From Cycas panzhihuaensis (Eukaryota; Plantae; Cycadophyta): 64,000 nt of DNA. The position numbers were made by a program, and so were the translations under genes. The notes under the pieces are model-generated. The model saw only the letters and a list, made by a program, of their open reading frames with translations, was not told the origin of the DNA and ran no database searches. Positions within the stretch are counted from its first letter, which is position 1, and each line of letters begins with the position of its first letter. Shown in pieces: positions 40,469 to 54,700 of this stretch. The stretch is from the NCBI GenBank assembly GCA_023213395.1, contig CM041465.1, forward strand, positions 190,471,741 to 190,535,740, written 5' to 3'.

Positions 40469-40591
40469 GCAATATAACTGTATTTCTGTTTACACAAGGT
40501 TCCAATCTGTGGAGAGTGCATTTGTCATCTCGAGCATAATACTTATGTGATAAGGGCATATTCAGATTGGATTATTAATGGCAGTGATTAT
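40469..40591 (+). pseudogene. Captured fragment of a ZFPL1-like zinc-finger gene
   Basis: After acceptor-like ttttatttacag the frame reads AI*LYFCLHKVPICGECICHLEHNTYVIRAYSDWIING, versus recalled plant ZFPL1 ATKLYCFVHKVPVCGECICFPEHQICVIRTYSEWVIDG. Confidence 0.85.
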
Positions 40592-42729
40592 TAATATTCC
40601 ATAGTGTGATGCCATTAAACTTGCAGTTCATATTCTAAAGCTCAAAGCTTTATTTATTTAATATTTTTTAAATAAGAATATATATATATATATATGGGAG
40701 TCTTTAGTGTGCATGATCGACACACCCATTGTTGTAAGTGATTTGATCAAATTTGGATTATTTTTGGCATAAGTGCCTTTGTCTGTCTGGCTGCCATTCT
40801 TTGTAGGTTTTTCTTTTATTTTTAAATATTCTTTTTGAAAATAAATATATATATTTTTAATATATTTTGGTGCACCCCCTCCATAATATATGATTCGATC
40901 TATTTTCATATAACGTTTTCATCATTTTTTCAACGAAATTCCTCTGTGTTTTGTCTTTATGCAGGCCATCCTTAAATGACGTTTAATTGTTTTATTTTTT
41001 TTTATTTATATATATTTTTATAAAGTTTATATTAAATTTAATAAATTTTTAATTCTATGGGAGTATTTTATCATTAGCCCCCATCATTGTCAAGCCCCAG
41101 TATTATTAAGGTCCATGTGACCTCGCTTAAAGGAGCAGACCTCAATTTTATAAAAGGTGAATTTAATTATTTTTGTTTTTAAGAATATATATTACTTTTG
41201 ATAATATTTAAGATCTAAATACCCCTTTAGGATTAGCGGATAGTCTCGCGGGGCCTGCATATGACCAACAACCTAGTTTAAAGGGGTTAATCATATATTT
41301 TTTTTAAAACTTTTATTTTTATTAACACATAAAGATGACTACTCTGTTTTTCTGTAATATCTTCGTACTGGAAAGTCGAATTTTCATAAAATTTGATTCA
41401 TTGGATTTGTATTTCATAGATTTTTAGTTTGAAGTCATGTTTTACTCATTTTGAGTCTATTTTTGTAGCATTTGAGTTGGCCAACGTTGACCTCTATTTG
41501 CTGTACTTATTTCACTTACCATAAAAAGGTCTCTTTATCATTTCTTTAATATCTTGAGCCCTATAGCTCTAAATTGCAAATTGTCTATACCATTAGAAAG
41601 ATATTTCAGAGATCTTCAAAATAGAATAGTTTTCACTTTATGTTGACTTTATTTTATAAGTTGTTGAAGCTCCTTAAGTTAAGGTTCTATTTCAATACTA
41701 CTTAGACATTTTGGTGACAATTTCTAAACCAAAACATTTTGTAATTGAATATATTTGATTAATATATATCTTCTAACTGATTATTAATAATATTTATTAA
41801 TGGTTATTAGATTTGTAAAGTATTTTTTGTAGCTATTTAGCATTCTCTAACTTTTGAAGCAAAAAGACCCCTTATTACACTTAAAACTAAAATTGGGTAC
41901 TTCTTACCTTCGCATTTGATTTCTATTATATTTAAAAGTATCTCTAAGCTATTTTTTTAATTGATTAAGGAGATTTCAATGAATATTGATGCTTCTTTAA
42001 GGTTATTTTACCTTTCTATTTGCTTATTAAGTATACTTTATTTTTCAAAAAGATTTATTTAAAAAAGTCATTCTCATCTTACTCACATTTCACCTAGAAG
42101 CGTTTACAAATTTTTTTTTATGAACTTGAACTCTCTTTTCATAAGTTGAAGGAATTTTGAATTGCTTAAAGAAACCTCATATTTTTTCAAATCATTTATA
42201 TGTACCTTTACACAAAAATAGATATATTTATTGACACATTCAAGATTTATGTCCTTCACTGTATTTTACATACTCCATAAGGTTTCTTATATTTTTTGGT
42301 GAAAAGAACATAAACATTGAGTATTTATTTTAAAAAGAATTAATTAGTTATCTAAAGGATTCATTTCCTTTATTTAAAAAGTTTTTTCAGCATTTGAAAG
42401 ATCATTGATTCATTTATACATCCTTCATTTGATTCGTTTAAAAAGAATCAAGAGTTATTTCAAAACTTTTTGTTTAAGGAGATTTGCTTGTTAAGACATC
42501 CTTGCATCAAAGCATTTAAATTGGAAGAGTATAAATACTCTTTTAACTATTATTCTTTTAAGCAAGTTATTTATTTTATTGTTCAAATAAAAAGAGAAAT
42601 GATTGCATATTCGCATCTGCATTATTTCATTAAAAGGAAATATTTCTTGTTATTGAAAAGCTTTAAGGAGATATACTTCTTTCGTTCAAGATTGATTTAT
42701 TCATTAGAGGTTATGATTAAGTAATTATA

Positions 42730-43430
42730 ATGTCAATGATTAAGAACAACACTAGGTTTTTCATATTTGATGGAATAAATTTTTATATTTGGAGATCTAT
42801 GTTAAAATCCCACTTTATTAAAAATAACTTATAGAAAATTGTAAAACATGGTTACCAACTGAATGAATCTAATTTTAGATAAAACTTTAAAAAAGATAAT
42901 GAAGCCTTAGCCTAATATTTTATACTATAAATAATTATATATTCACACATGTTAGTGACTTAACCACATCCAAATATGTATGGGATACCATAGAATCGAT
43001 TTATGGGGGAGAAACTTTAAAATTAAATGAATTTAGCTACATTGATGATGTGTTTCCTGTGAAACAGATGGTAAAGTAGGTAAATTTTAATGAAAAGACT
43101 AATGTTATAAGTATTTTTGAATATTTTAACAAGATCAATGAACATAATAATGCATTTGATAAGATTGTATATACATATAACATAATTGATTCCTATAAGG
43201 CACAATATCAAGAAGACTAAGTTAAAAATTAAGACATTACTACTAATTCAGAGAAATCCATACTTATTTGGAAACCACTTGAAATACTCATTGTTGAAAA
43301 GATGATATTACAAGTTAATGACCACATCAAGAATGGAGACAAATCTACAAGACATAAGTTCAATCTCTTCTTTAAAGTTTACCTCAAGTATTTATTCTAC
43401 AAGTTAAAGGAGAAATTGAATATGTATGTG
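42730..43430 (+). pseudogene. Truncated copia gag of element B followed by an RNase H tail-like remnant
   Basis: IFDGIN..IWRSMLKSHFIKNNL*KIV...KKDNEALA...DLTTSKYVWDT; homologous to the element A gag. Confidence 0.78.
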
Positions 43431-43450
43431 ATGGATATTAATGGAGGGAA

Positions 43451-43845
43451 TGTTAGGATTAATACCCCTCACCTAACACCCCTACATTTGAAGCATGTGA
43501 GTGCACACTTTCTCATGATAAGTTAAGGTGAGTTTACTTTATTATGTTTTGTTATTATTTTAATGTCAAGTTATTATTTTATATTTGTTTAAATTCTAAA
43601 TATTGAGGAGGTTTCCCTTCTCCTTCCTAAGTTTATATCTTATGGGGTAAATAACCTTAGTGTTCTTTAATACTACCAAATATTAGAAATTATGTTATAC
43701 TCTTCGCATGGCTTAATAAAATGATGTTTTGAATATTGATCTTTAATATGGCTTAAGTTATATATGATCACCTGCTTGTCTCTCTCTCTTGTATTCTTCA
43801 ATTCTAATATTATATCAAAAGCTATTGGACATCTAATTTCTAATA
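43451..43845 (+). repeat. 3' LTR of element B
   Basis: Direct repeat of 38754-39146, including the degenerate internal PBS copy. Confidence 0.93.
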
Positions 43846-43850
43846 AGTAA

Positions 43851-44250
43851 TAGGGGAGAAGCATCTAGAATTATTCTCTTTCATGAGTGAAAGGTTAAAT
43901 ATTACTAATGTAGATGCCATTACTAAGCTTTTTGTATATTTCTTAGAAAGACCTGTAATTGATTGGTTTTAAAGCTTACCAAATAGAATGATCACTAATA
44001 TACTTTAATCTAAGAACAAATGCATCTTTCATCAAGGAGTTATTAATGATTAGTAAAGGACATAGAGACATAATCTCTATATTTATCGAAAGATGTGAAA
44101 GATAGTCAAATCCATTAATACGAAATAAAACTAACTAATTAATCTATACTATAGTGGTTCTTAAATGGATTGAATAATGAAACTAGAATGATGGTAATGT
44201 GTAGATTACTAGAAATTTTTAATGAAGTAAAATACATGGTCTTATGATTT
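43851..44250 (+). pseudogene. Ty3/gypsy gag fragment, 3' part
   Basis: GEKHLELFSFMSERLNITNVDAITKLFVYFLERPVIDWF*SLPNRMIT, a retrotrans_gag-type motif. Confidence 0.7.
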
Positions 44251-44310
44251 GAAAAGATGATGAATATGATGGATGGTAATGCATCAAGGTTATTAGATTA
44301 ATTATATGAA

Positions 44311-47300
44311 TGTGACTTTAGGTTAGCTAAGTCACATAGTTAAATGTAATTTCATTTATATTTAAGTATAATTCCAAGATCATGTTATTAGGCAAGAAAT
44401 TCCTTTAGAAACCCTAATTTGTATCCTCTAATATATAAAGCTGAATGTGAAAGGGAGTGTTATAATTCTCACGTCTTATTTTTGCTCTCAATCTTGTTCT
44501 TTTTATTTTTCTCTTATTATGTGTCATTGCTTTAGTGTAGTGGAGTGTGGCAACTAAATCTTTCATCTAACAACTACTATCAGGGTTATTATTGACCACA
44601 TTTCTGTACTAGACTTATACAAAGCCACTAATACCTCTCACTCACAATTCATGTGAGGTTAACAGATTATTTGGGAACTTTCTTTTGTATTAGAGAGCTT
44701 AAAATTATGTTATTTTGTATGTTGTTATATTTTCTATGTGTATAAAATTTTAAAGATGAAAAAGACAGATTTTTGAAGCTATTTTGTTGCTGAAATAGCC
44801 CCAAAGTATTGAATGCCTAAAATTCTATAAAAAAATTGACCATATCAGATTTTAATAAAATTTGATGTGTAGGGTTTCCTTACCAAGAGGATCATTTTTA
44901 TCTTCTAGAGAATCTTTATATTCAGCCTCCAACAACCAATTTTAGCTAAAATAAAAGTTAAAATTTGTAGATTAGTGACCTAGGGCACTTTTCTCAATGA
45001 AATCCTTTAAATATAAGCTAAAAATCTAAATTTTTTTTAAAGATATCTAATAGATTTATGTCTCTAGAGTATTTTGAGATAAATATCATTAAATGCCATA
45101 TACTCGTTAATGAGATCTTTACAGTTCTCTAATAGATGTTGAATTTGCACACTCAACTCCGAAAAAAAATGTTGCGAGAGCATTTCAAGTAGTTTTTTTA
45201 TTATTTTTAGATATGATATAGAAGAAAAACTTGATGTGCATGTCAAGATGAAGCTCTTGACATATTGAAGCTTAGATTCTAAGAAACTAAATATGGCAAG
45301 ATTCTACTTTCGTATTTTTTTTGGCTAATTTTTTTTTTTATATCTTTTTAGAACACCTTTTTCTTATATCATAAATTTAAATTCCATTATTTAGGCCTCT
45401 ATATTTGTAATTTTTAGAAAAATTTACCTATTTATTATTATTTGTAAATTTTGTAAAAAAAAACACAAAATAGGGTAAAATAGCATGCAACTAGATTTTA
45501 AAAAAAATAGCATCTTAGCTGTAAATTGATCAACTTTTTGGATCTTTATGGCTCTTACACTAAAATTTTTAAAAATATATTTGGAAACATTGTATAAAAA
45601 TAAGAGAAATCTTTGATCAGAAGCAACATCTAGTTCCTCTACTAAATCTAGTATGCTCTTTCTATTTCCACACATAGCATAAAGTAAAACATAAAGAAGA
45701 AATAACAATAAAGTAAACAAGAAAGATGAGCAAGTACATTTGGCATCTTTCCATTTCAATTTTTAGTTTATATTATTCATAAGTAACTTACATTATTTCC
45801 TGAAAGGAATCTCATCTATACGACTTAAACCACTAATTCTTAACTTATGCACATACTCACCTTGGTTGAAATAGATCACGATTGGCCAAAGTTTGGGTCC
45901 TAAGGGAGGTGTGAGCTTTATACTAGGTCTGGTCTTAATCAGAATAGTGGTGGAGGGACAGGTTAGCTATACTTACGACCCCCAAATAGGTATAATCTTG
46001 ATAGCCATCTCAGAAATCTAAAAACTTTAATCAAGAATAAAATATACATAGTCCAATATCTGTCATAGTCATAGGATACACACGTACCATTTCACTCTTC
46101 ATAGGAGCTATATACCTACTCACTAGTGAATTACGTAAGGACTGAGAGTACCTAAGCTCCACTATGACTTATATTTTATCACCAAGCACAGGTGTGGGTA
46201 TCGTAGGTGAAGGCCCTAATATATATACTAGAAGTCCCCTTTGGCATCAACACCTCAACTACTTTAGACTTGAGATAGAGATTTAGGTTTGATCATGCAT
46301 CCTACATTAGACTTAGTTTTTTTAGTTGTGTGCACCCACATTCCAACTTCTAAATGGGTATAATCTTGATTTTATGATCACATGACATATTATTTATCTT
46401 TGTGATCCTTATATTGTCCTTTATATATACCATCAAACCCTATTGTGTCAGGAGTATTTGCTATAAGTGTTGGTAGTCTATTATCGTTACTTACTACTTG
46501 ATCATATTTCTCCCTACTATGCCAGGTGTATCAGCCACACGTATCAGTGGAATTTTCATTTACTATTTCTTTCACTTCATCATCTTCACCATGTCTTCTT
46601 AATTTAAGTAGAATGTAAACTACAACTTATATAAAAAAGATAATTGGAATCTATGGTATAGTATAGTTAAGAATGCTGCTAAGTATAAAGGCTTTTAGAG
46701 AGCCCATTTGTAGGTTACACATGTCATTCTTTCGACATCAATAACACTTGCCTTTAGAAGAATACCACCTGTAGCTCTAATAGATCCTACAACTAAACTA
46801 TAATGGGTGATCAATAATGAGAAGATTCATGTAGGTATTCTATTAGTGGATGATCACTCCATATACAATCTAATTGATGAAAAGCAACATGATACAACCT
46901 AAAACGTTAATAAGGTTCTTGCAAGGAATTTTGATACAAAATTTGACCTTAAATTTATTCATCTACTCTTAAAGATGAACAACATGAAGATGCAAAAGGG
47001 GCATGCACATGAAATAATTAACCTCCTTCGACCAATCAAACAAGCAATAGACAAATATTTTAAGACCCAATATATTATATGGCTATTCCTTATGCAGTCT
47101 TTTTCGTATATATCTAATTATAAAAACTTACTTAAGAGTCTTCAATCAAGTAGAATATTGAAGACACTTAACTTTGAATCTCTTACAATGAAGTTTATAG
47201 AATTTGATAAGATTTTTAATAATAATTTTATAACTTCAGATCCTTTTCTAGATGCAACTTTTAACATGGAAGAAGAAATATGCTTCTCAAAGAATTAGGG

Positions 47301-47990
47301 TCCCTTTCATGGTAGAGGAAATAACAAAGCAAGGGGTAGAGGATGATGCAGAGGAAATCGGGTACAAGGTCAATAGGACCCTGAATAACAATAGCCTATA
47401 CAGCCTCAAGGCCAAGCACCACCTTTTAATACAAGACAATTAGGTCAAACTAGTACTTTAGGAACTTAAAATCATATTGCCATATGTGAAAGGTACAATA
47501 GAAAAGGACACCTTATAAAGGATTATCGTATACCTGCATATAAGTTTCTTAGGTTTCAATAAAAATACAAGGCTCATAATGTTAATGAAACATGTGAAGA
47601 ATAGTTTGACAACACAGGTTTTACTCAAGCACACATTCAAAGACTTGAGGGAAGAACCATTGTTTAAACTAAGAGGTATTTTGAAGATTATTGTGATTAT
47701 GCCACTTGTGATCTTGAATCACCAATGCAAACCCTACTTGTAGTTGCAAATAACAAAATTTTAAATAGCTTCTCATGGATCATGGATATAAGAGTGACAC
47801 AGTATATGACCTATAATCAAGGTCTATATCATTCTTTTGATTCCAATGTATATGGTGTCATTTACATGGCTGACAAATCCCAATAATCATTCGAAGGTAT
47901 TGGAAACATATGACTAAAACTCCTAGGCTTGAGAGACTTTACATTACTTGATATCCTTTACATTTTTAATCTGAAACACATCACACATTC
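44311..47990 (+). mobile_element. 5' half of a Ty1/copia element (probable LTR 44311-44572, long leader, gag, protease)
   Basis: Degenerate PBS at ~44575; gag from ~46571; decayed zinc knuckle at ~47480-47525; protease SWIMDIRVTQYMT at ~47772. Confidence 0.65.
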
Positions 47991-49695
47991 TATTATAAAT
48001 GGGAGATTAAACACATCACACGAGATCTTCTCTAATAAGGAATCATCGTATCAAGCAGTAGTCCTTTCATATCTCCAATTATAATTATACGAAAGAAAGA
48101 TGGATCATATCAAATGTGTGGAGATTATTAGGCTCTTAATAAGTTAATGATTAAGAATAAATACTCGATTCCTTATATCGATGATCTTTTAGATGAACTT
48201 CATGGAGTAAAGTTGTTATTGAAAATTGATCTTCACTTTGGATATTATCAAATACACATAAGATAGATTTTCACATGTATGAAGGGTTATTTGAGTTTCA
48301 GGTTATGTCTTTTAGGCTAAAGAATACCCCCATAATGTTTTAGAATATGATGAACCAGATCTTTAGGCCATATATTCAAAAATTCATCCTAGTTTATTTT
48401 TATAATATCCTAATCTATAGTCACTCTTGGCAAGAGCATCTCTACCACATATAGATCATTCTCCAACTATTATAGAACCAACAATTATTCATAAATAGGA
48501 AATAATGTGCATTCTGTCAATTAAAGCTAAAATATTTGGGACATATAATATCTTCTGAATGAGTGCAAATTAATCTAAAGAAGTTTTAGGCAATTATTAA
48601 CTGGCCCACACCAAAGAATGTTATGGGAGTTTAGGGATTATTAGTAGTCGTTGGGTTCATACATAAATTTATCTAGAGGTATGCTTATATAGCTACATCT
48701 CTAATAGATTTGATAAGAAAAAAGGCATTTAAATGTGATTAAATAGTGGAAGTAATATTCCAGTAACTAAAGATAGTTATGATCACTACCCTAATCCTCA
48801 CACTGCCACAATTTCCAAAATACTTTACTATTGAATATGACACCTCTAGTTTTGGGTTGGGATCAATTTTATTATAAGAAGATCAACCTATAGTATATAA
48901 AAGTTATAAGCTCAATAGTTGTGAGTGCCTTAAGCCAATATACAATAAATAAATGCTATCCATTATATGTGCCATGTAGTAGTGGTGATAATATTTGCTA
49001 GGAAATAAATTTATCATCAAAATTAACCACAATTGTTAGAAATATTTCCTAAATCAAACATCTTTAATAGATGAGCACTAAAAGTGGGTGAGTAAATTAT
49101 AAGCATTTAGTTTTTCGATAGTTTAAAAGAAAGAAAATAAGAACATCATAGCAAACACACTATCAAGATCCATAGCAGAAGAGTTGAAAGAGGACAAAAC
49201 ATTAATAAAAGTCATTGCCTTAGTTAACCTAGCATAGATGAATGAATTAATATAAGGTTGTGATGGGGATCTGTATTCTCTAAAAGCACTGTAAGAAATT
49301 AAGAAGGGACTTAATACTAAGTACTCTCACCAAGGAAATTTAATCTTACGAAAAGAAAAGATACTAGTATCCTCAGCAGTAACTATTAAAACAAAAATTT
49401 TAGAGAAGGCCCATGCATCACCAATAGGAGTAGATAAAACCTATTATAAAATTAGGGAAATTTTATTTTAAAAAGGAATGAAATAATAAATACAAAAGTT
49501 TGTAGTAGAATGTGATGACTTCTAGAGAAATAAAGGAGAGAATATAATTTTTTTAGGTCTTCTTCAACCTCTACCAATTCCAAGGTAGATATGGAAAGAG
49601 ATATATATGGACTTTATCATGGGACTACTAAAATTAGAAGGTGAGGATACTATTCTTGTTGTTATAGATTGATTAACTAAGTACACATATTTTAG
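47990..49695 (+). mobile_element. LTR-less Ty3/gypsy (chromovirus-type) RT-RNase H-partial integrase segment
   Basis: [59 protein letters not shown]. Confidence 0.88.
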
Positions 49696-49699
49696 AGGT

Positions 49700-51750
49700 G
49701 CTAACATGGCAATTATTTGTTAAGCCATTAAGTTAATATTAATGTAGTTTACCTAATGGTGATTAGTGAAAAGGTATGAAGAATTTAGAAGGTCACAACC
49801 CTTATCGAATGATAGTAGTTTTGTCACATATCCAATATTCAGAGGGTGTTTGTGAAGGACGTATGTGTAGAAAGCATGATCTAAGATCCACAACGAAAGA
49901 AACTTTTAATTAGTCAGGATTTTAAGTTTGATAAGTTAATGATGTATCATACTAAGAAGTCATCTAAAGATAGATTTTATCCTCTACATATTCCTTTTCT
50001 AATATGTGTTTCAATAAGTATAGATGTTTATGAGTATAACATTGTGTTAGAAAAAAAAATAACACCTAGTTGGAGTAATGATGAGGAGCCATTGTAAGTA
50101 GAGGCATATACAACAACCCATCTTCTATTATGGGCCAGGAGGACTATTGAGGATTCTAATATGATGGTTGAAGACCTAAAAGATAGTTGGAGAATAAGGA
50201 TTTAACATACCAGTTAAACTTTAGTGGTGGATGCCAACAACTTTAATGATTCCATTTTATATAAGGAAATAAAAGAAGATCTGTGATGGAGAGTTATAAT
50301 AGAGGAGGAGTATAATTTGATTATAAATAATGATACATAGGATTTGTTTCCCTTACCTGCCTCTAAGAACCAAATTGGTTATAAGTGGATCTATAAGATG
50401 TGGAGAGGTAGACAAGTAAAAGGAAAGATTTATTACATAAGATTTCTAACATAAAGAAAGAATCAACTATGAAGAAGATATTTACACTAGTCTCTAAGAT
50501 GTCAGTAGTTTAATTGATCTTTATTTTGGTAGCTATATTTAGTTAGGAGTTATATCAAATAGACATGAAGTCAACATTCCTTAATGAAGACTTAGAAGAG
50601 GAGATCTACATGACTCAACCTCTTACTTTTATAAAGGAAGATTAGAAGCATTTAGTATGCTACTTGAAGAAATCTTTCTATGGACTAAAATAAGCACCAC
50701 ATGCTTAGTATGATAAGATTGATCCTAGATTGAAGGAAGATGGTTTTGCGATAATAGAATTAGAGTTAAGTTTTTATATTCAAAAGAGTGGAACTATAAT
50801 AGTTATTATTTTGTTATATGTTAATGACTTTATTCTTATAGGCAATTGTAATAAGACTATTACGACTACAAAGGCATGTTTGGGACATGCTTTTGATATG
50901 ACAAATCTCAAATATTTTCATTACTTCTTAGGCATTGAGATTAGGTAGATGGATGATCATATCATGATGTCATAATAGTGGTATGTTAAAAACATACTTG
51001 AGAGATTCAGTATGAAGGATTATAAACCAATAAAGACACCATATGTAAAGGGCATAAAGCTTTTAAAGGATATGGACAAGCTAGTTATAGACAAGGTTTT
51101 ATATTGATAATTAATAAGGAGTTTAATTTACTTAACTTATATTAGGCTTGATATTGCTTATGTTATTGGATTGGTATCTTATTACATGCAAAATCCCTAA
51201 TAACCTCATTACATTACTAAAAGGAGAATTCTAAAGTATGTTAAGGGAACATACAATCTTGACTTTAAATACCTTCTACTACAGTGACCAACCTACATGG
51301 CTATAATGATGTTGATTAGTGTGGAGATATAGAAATAGGAAATTAACTATAGAATATATTTTTCGTATTAGTAATGGGTTTATTTCATGCAATCTAGGAA
51401 GCAATCTATCACTACTTTGTCTTCTGTAGAGGTTAAGTACTAATGACTAAGTATTGATATAAGGGAAGTTATATGGTTGTAGCGACTTTTGGAGACTCTT
51501 GGAATTTCTTCTACCATACCTGTTATACACATTGATAATTAGAGTGTTATTTCATAAAGAATTTATAATTTCATACATGTATAAAGCACATCGAGATATA
51601 TAATCATTACATCCATGAGAAGATCTACTTAGAGAAGTTGTAGGTTGAGTTTTATCCAAGTGAAGAATAATTTATAGATATATTTACCAAAGCTCTTATT
51701 GAAGACCACTTTATCAAGATTTATGTAAATTTGGGACTTATCAAAGTTAT
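49700..51750 (+). mobile_element. Ty1/copia pre-integrase remnant, RT and RNase H (integrase core deleted)
   Basis: VCEGRMCRKH; QIDMKSTFLNEDLEEEIYMTQP; LLYVNDFILIG; YFLGIEI; DIFTKAL. Confidence 0.88.
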
Positions 51751-51796
51751 CATCGAGGGGGGATCTATCAACAAGGATAATTATAAAGGTTATTCC

Positions 51797-54700
51797 TGTT
51801 GGAAAATTAACCTGCACAAACAATCTTCGCAAATGGAATGAAACACACCTCCACAAGATCGAACTGTACCCTTAAGGTACCTCCATTATATTAAGAAAAA
51901 TCATTACAACAACATTCAATATGGTACACTATATTGTGTATTTATAATACAAGTCATGATGGAAGAGTAGGACCCACTTGCATGTAGGATAAATCAAATG
52001 TGCATTAATATTCCAACACTCTTCCTTAATGCACATTTGGGTTATTTGTACTTGTAATGCCTTGTCCTTGGAAATGTCTTGAAAATGATGTCTTCAACTT
52101 GATCCTTGTCTTCGATCTTGTAGTGATGTCTTTGCTGCATAATGATGTCTTCATCTTGATTTTCATCTTCAATTTTGTATTGATGCCTTTATAAGATGAT
52201 GTCTTTAGCTTAATTTCCATCTTCAATTCTGTAGTGATGATGTTGATGTAATAGCTCTGGCAAGTGCAAATCTTGATTCTTCATTGTGGCTGGTCTAGTC
52301 TAATTTTGATGAAGATCCTATAAGTAACCTTTTTTAAACACAACTTGCTTATCATCATTATCATGTATAAGTTCTTGATAACTATGTATAATAGTGATTT
52401 CTTCAACCTTTGGAGTGGAATCTTGATCAACTTGTACACTCTTTGAATTTGAATCAATGCTCAAAGAAGGAATATCATTCAAACTTGAATTAATACTTAA
52501 AGTAGGAATATCATCAATATAAGACTCATCTTTATAGGACTATCAGATTCATATTCAATTTCCTTTGAAATCATAGAGTCATCTATATAAACCTTTGTCA
52601 ACTCATCAATTTCAATGTCTTCATCAGTAGTTGTAGTCTCATCAATACATTCAACCATCGTTTCTTTATATTCAGTAAAAATTTCATCAGTACTCATACA
52701 TTCTTCATCTTGACATATCATTTCATCAGTGTTGATGATATTTTCTTCATTTGCTGTACCTCTACCATAACCATAACTAGCCTTAATTGCCTTTTCAATC
52801 ATTGGTTATGTCTCTTCAGGGGTTTGTTCAAATACTTCCTTTAGAAAATCCCAAGCTTCTTTAGCATTACTTACATGTAGAATCATAGAAATGACAAAAT
52901 GGAATCTGGAAGGAAGATCAACCTCATTGAATGTAGCTCAAATCATAATGAATGCTTTTCTATCTTTCTTCTTAAGCATTTCATTTTCTTCTTCATCCTT
53001 AGGGATATCATATTCATCAGTAACAATCTTCCATAAACCTCTAGCTAAGAATAAACATCTCATTTTAATTGTCCAAAAGAAGTAGTCTTCACCATTACAC
53101 TTAGGTACTAGAAGAAACAAATCCCTTAAGTAATATTTATTTGTTTCAGAAGCATATATAACCACATCATTATCCTCCATGATTGTAAATGCCATTTTCT
53201 AACACCATGTCCTTTTTCTAATCAACAAATTCACCCATTAATCTCAACAAACTTTCTCATGTCTCATGTCCCTCATATGACTGACTTCATCATCACATCA
53301 TTGCCTTATGCATTTTACATATGCCAAATAGTCATATAAAATTCAAACACTTACTTCACCAAATCGATGCCTCGTAAATCTCACAATGATCATACATGCC
53401 AATGTTGCTACCAAGATACATACTTCACTTGATTACCCAAAACACAACTCATGCCATTACACCACTTAACAATTTTACTTCCCTGCAACTTAGGTATATT
53501 TAAAAAAAGAAACTCATCCTTCTTTACCTATTTTATCAATTAGAACACATCATCAAACATGCTTGATCTCATTCTTAATATGCCCAACAATTGCCCAATC
53601 TTATCATGTAATCTCACATGCAACAAGCACCTTATTGCCTCAAATCACTATCTTTCTTGCCCTCAAATTAGCTTTGTTATGTCCATCAAGTCCCTTCGTG
53701 TAAATAACATTCCACAAAGCATTTAATTATCATATTCCATCCAACTCATTCATGCAAACACATGTACTATCATTTCATTACCACTATTCCATCATCACAA
53801 TAGCTCCCTCATACAAACACATGTAAGAAAGCACTCAAACTATTATTAAACAATCACCATCATGCATCTCAAATCACTAATAGAGTGCGAAATATATTCA
53901 CATCAATATAACTTAATATCATCTCACATTATAACAATACTCTCCCATGTGCCACATATGTAAGAGAGCCTCGAACAATCACTTCATTACCATTGTCTCA
54001 TTCATATCACCATATCAATATGAAATCCTTAAATTCCCAAAAACTTATTTTTGAAAAAATGTATAGCTCAAAAATAGATAAAATATGGATGGAAATGATG
54101 GCCCCTGAAATATAATTCCAATGGTTCAGTTGAAATTGAATTATGATATCTAAATCAAAAGTTATGCTCCTTTTAAGAATTTCATAATTAGGGTTTCTAG
54201 GGGCTGTAATAGTACCTTTTGATAAACTACTAGTAACTTTTTATTTTGAACTCTGATGAATCTCAAACTTCCATTATAAATAAAATTAAAAAATGTATAG
54301 AATCAAAAAAAAATTGAGGTCATTTGGATATATGTAGCCAAAGTTATGGCTCTTTGAAGTTGAGGTTGTAGATCTGTCCCAAAAATACGGCGACAGAAAA
54401 AGAGCAGGCCAAGATTAATTCTACTATAATTTTTGCACTTTCACCCCAAAATCTATAGTGCAACCGCTCAAAAGTTATAGAATGAGTCATTTTGTCTCAA
54501 TTTCTCCATTACTTTTCAGAAAATTCAATGTTTATTTTCTCGAATATGCTTTCCACCATTGATGGCACCTCCCAAATCACCGCTCCAATACTGAACAAAA
54601 ACACCTCTCTTAACTTGGGCACTCTGATACCATGTTGGAAAATTAACTTGCACAAACAATCTTCTCAAACAGAATGAAACACACCTCCACAGGATCGAAC

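Larger units (their letters stand above)
38754..43845 (+). mobile_element. Element B: complete gag-only (TR-GAG-like) copia derivative carrying host gene fragments
   Basis: LTRs 38754-39146 and 43451-43845; TSD aataa/agtaa; degenerate PBS 39147-39156; PPT 43440-43450; gag at ~42730-43430. Confidence 0.92.
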
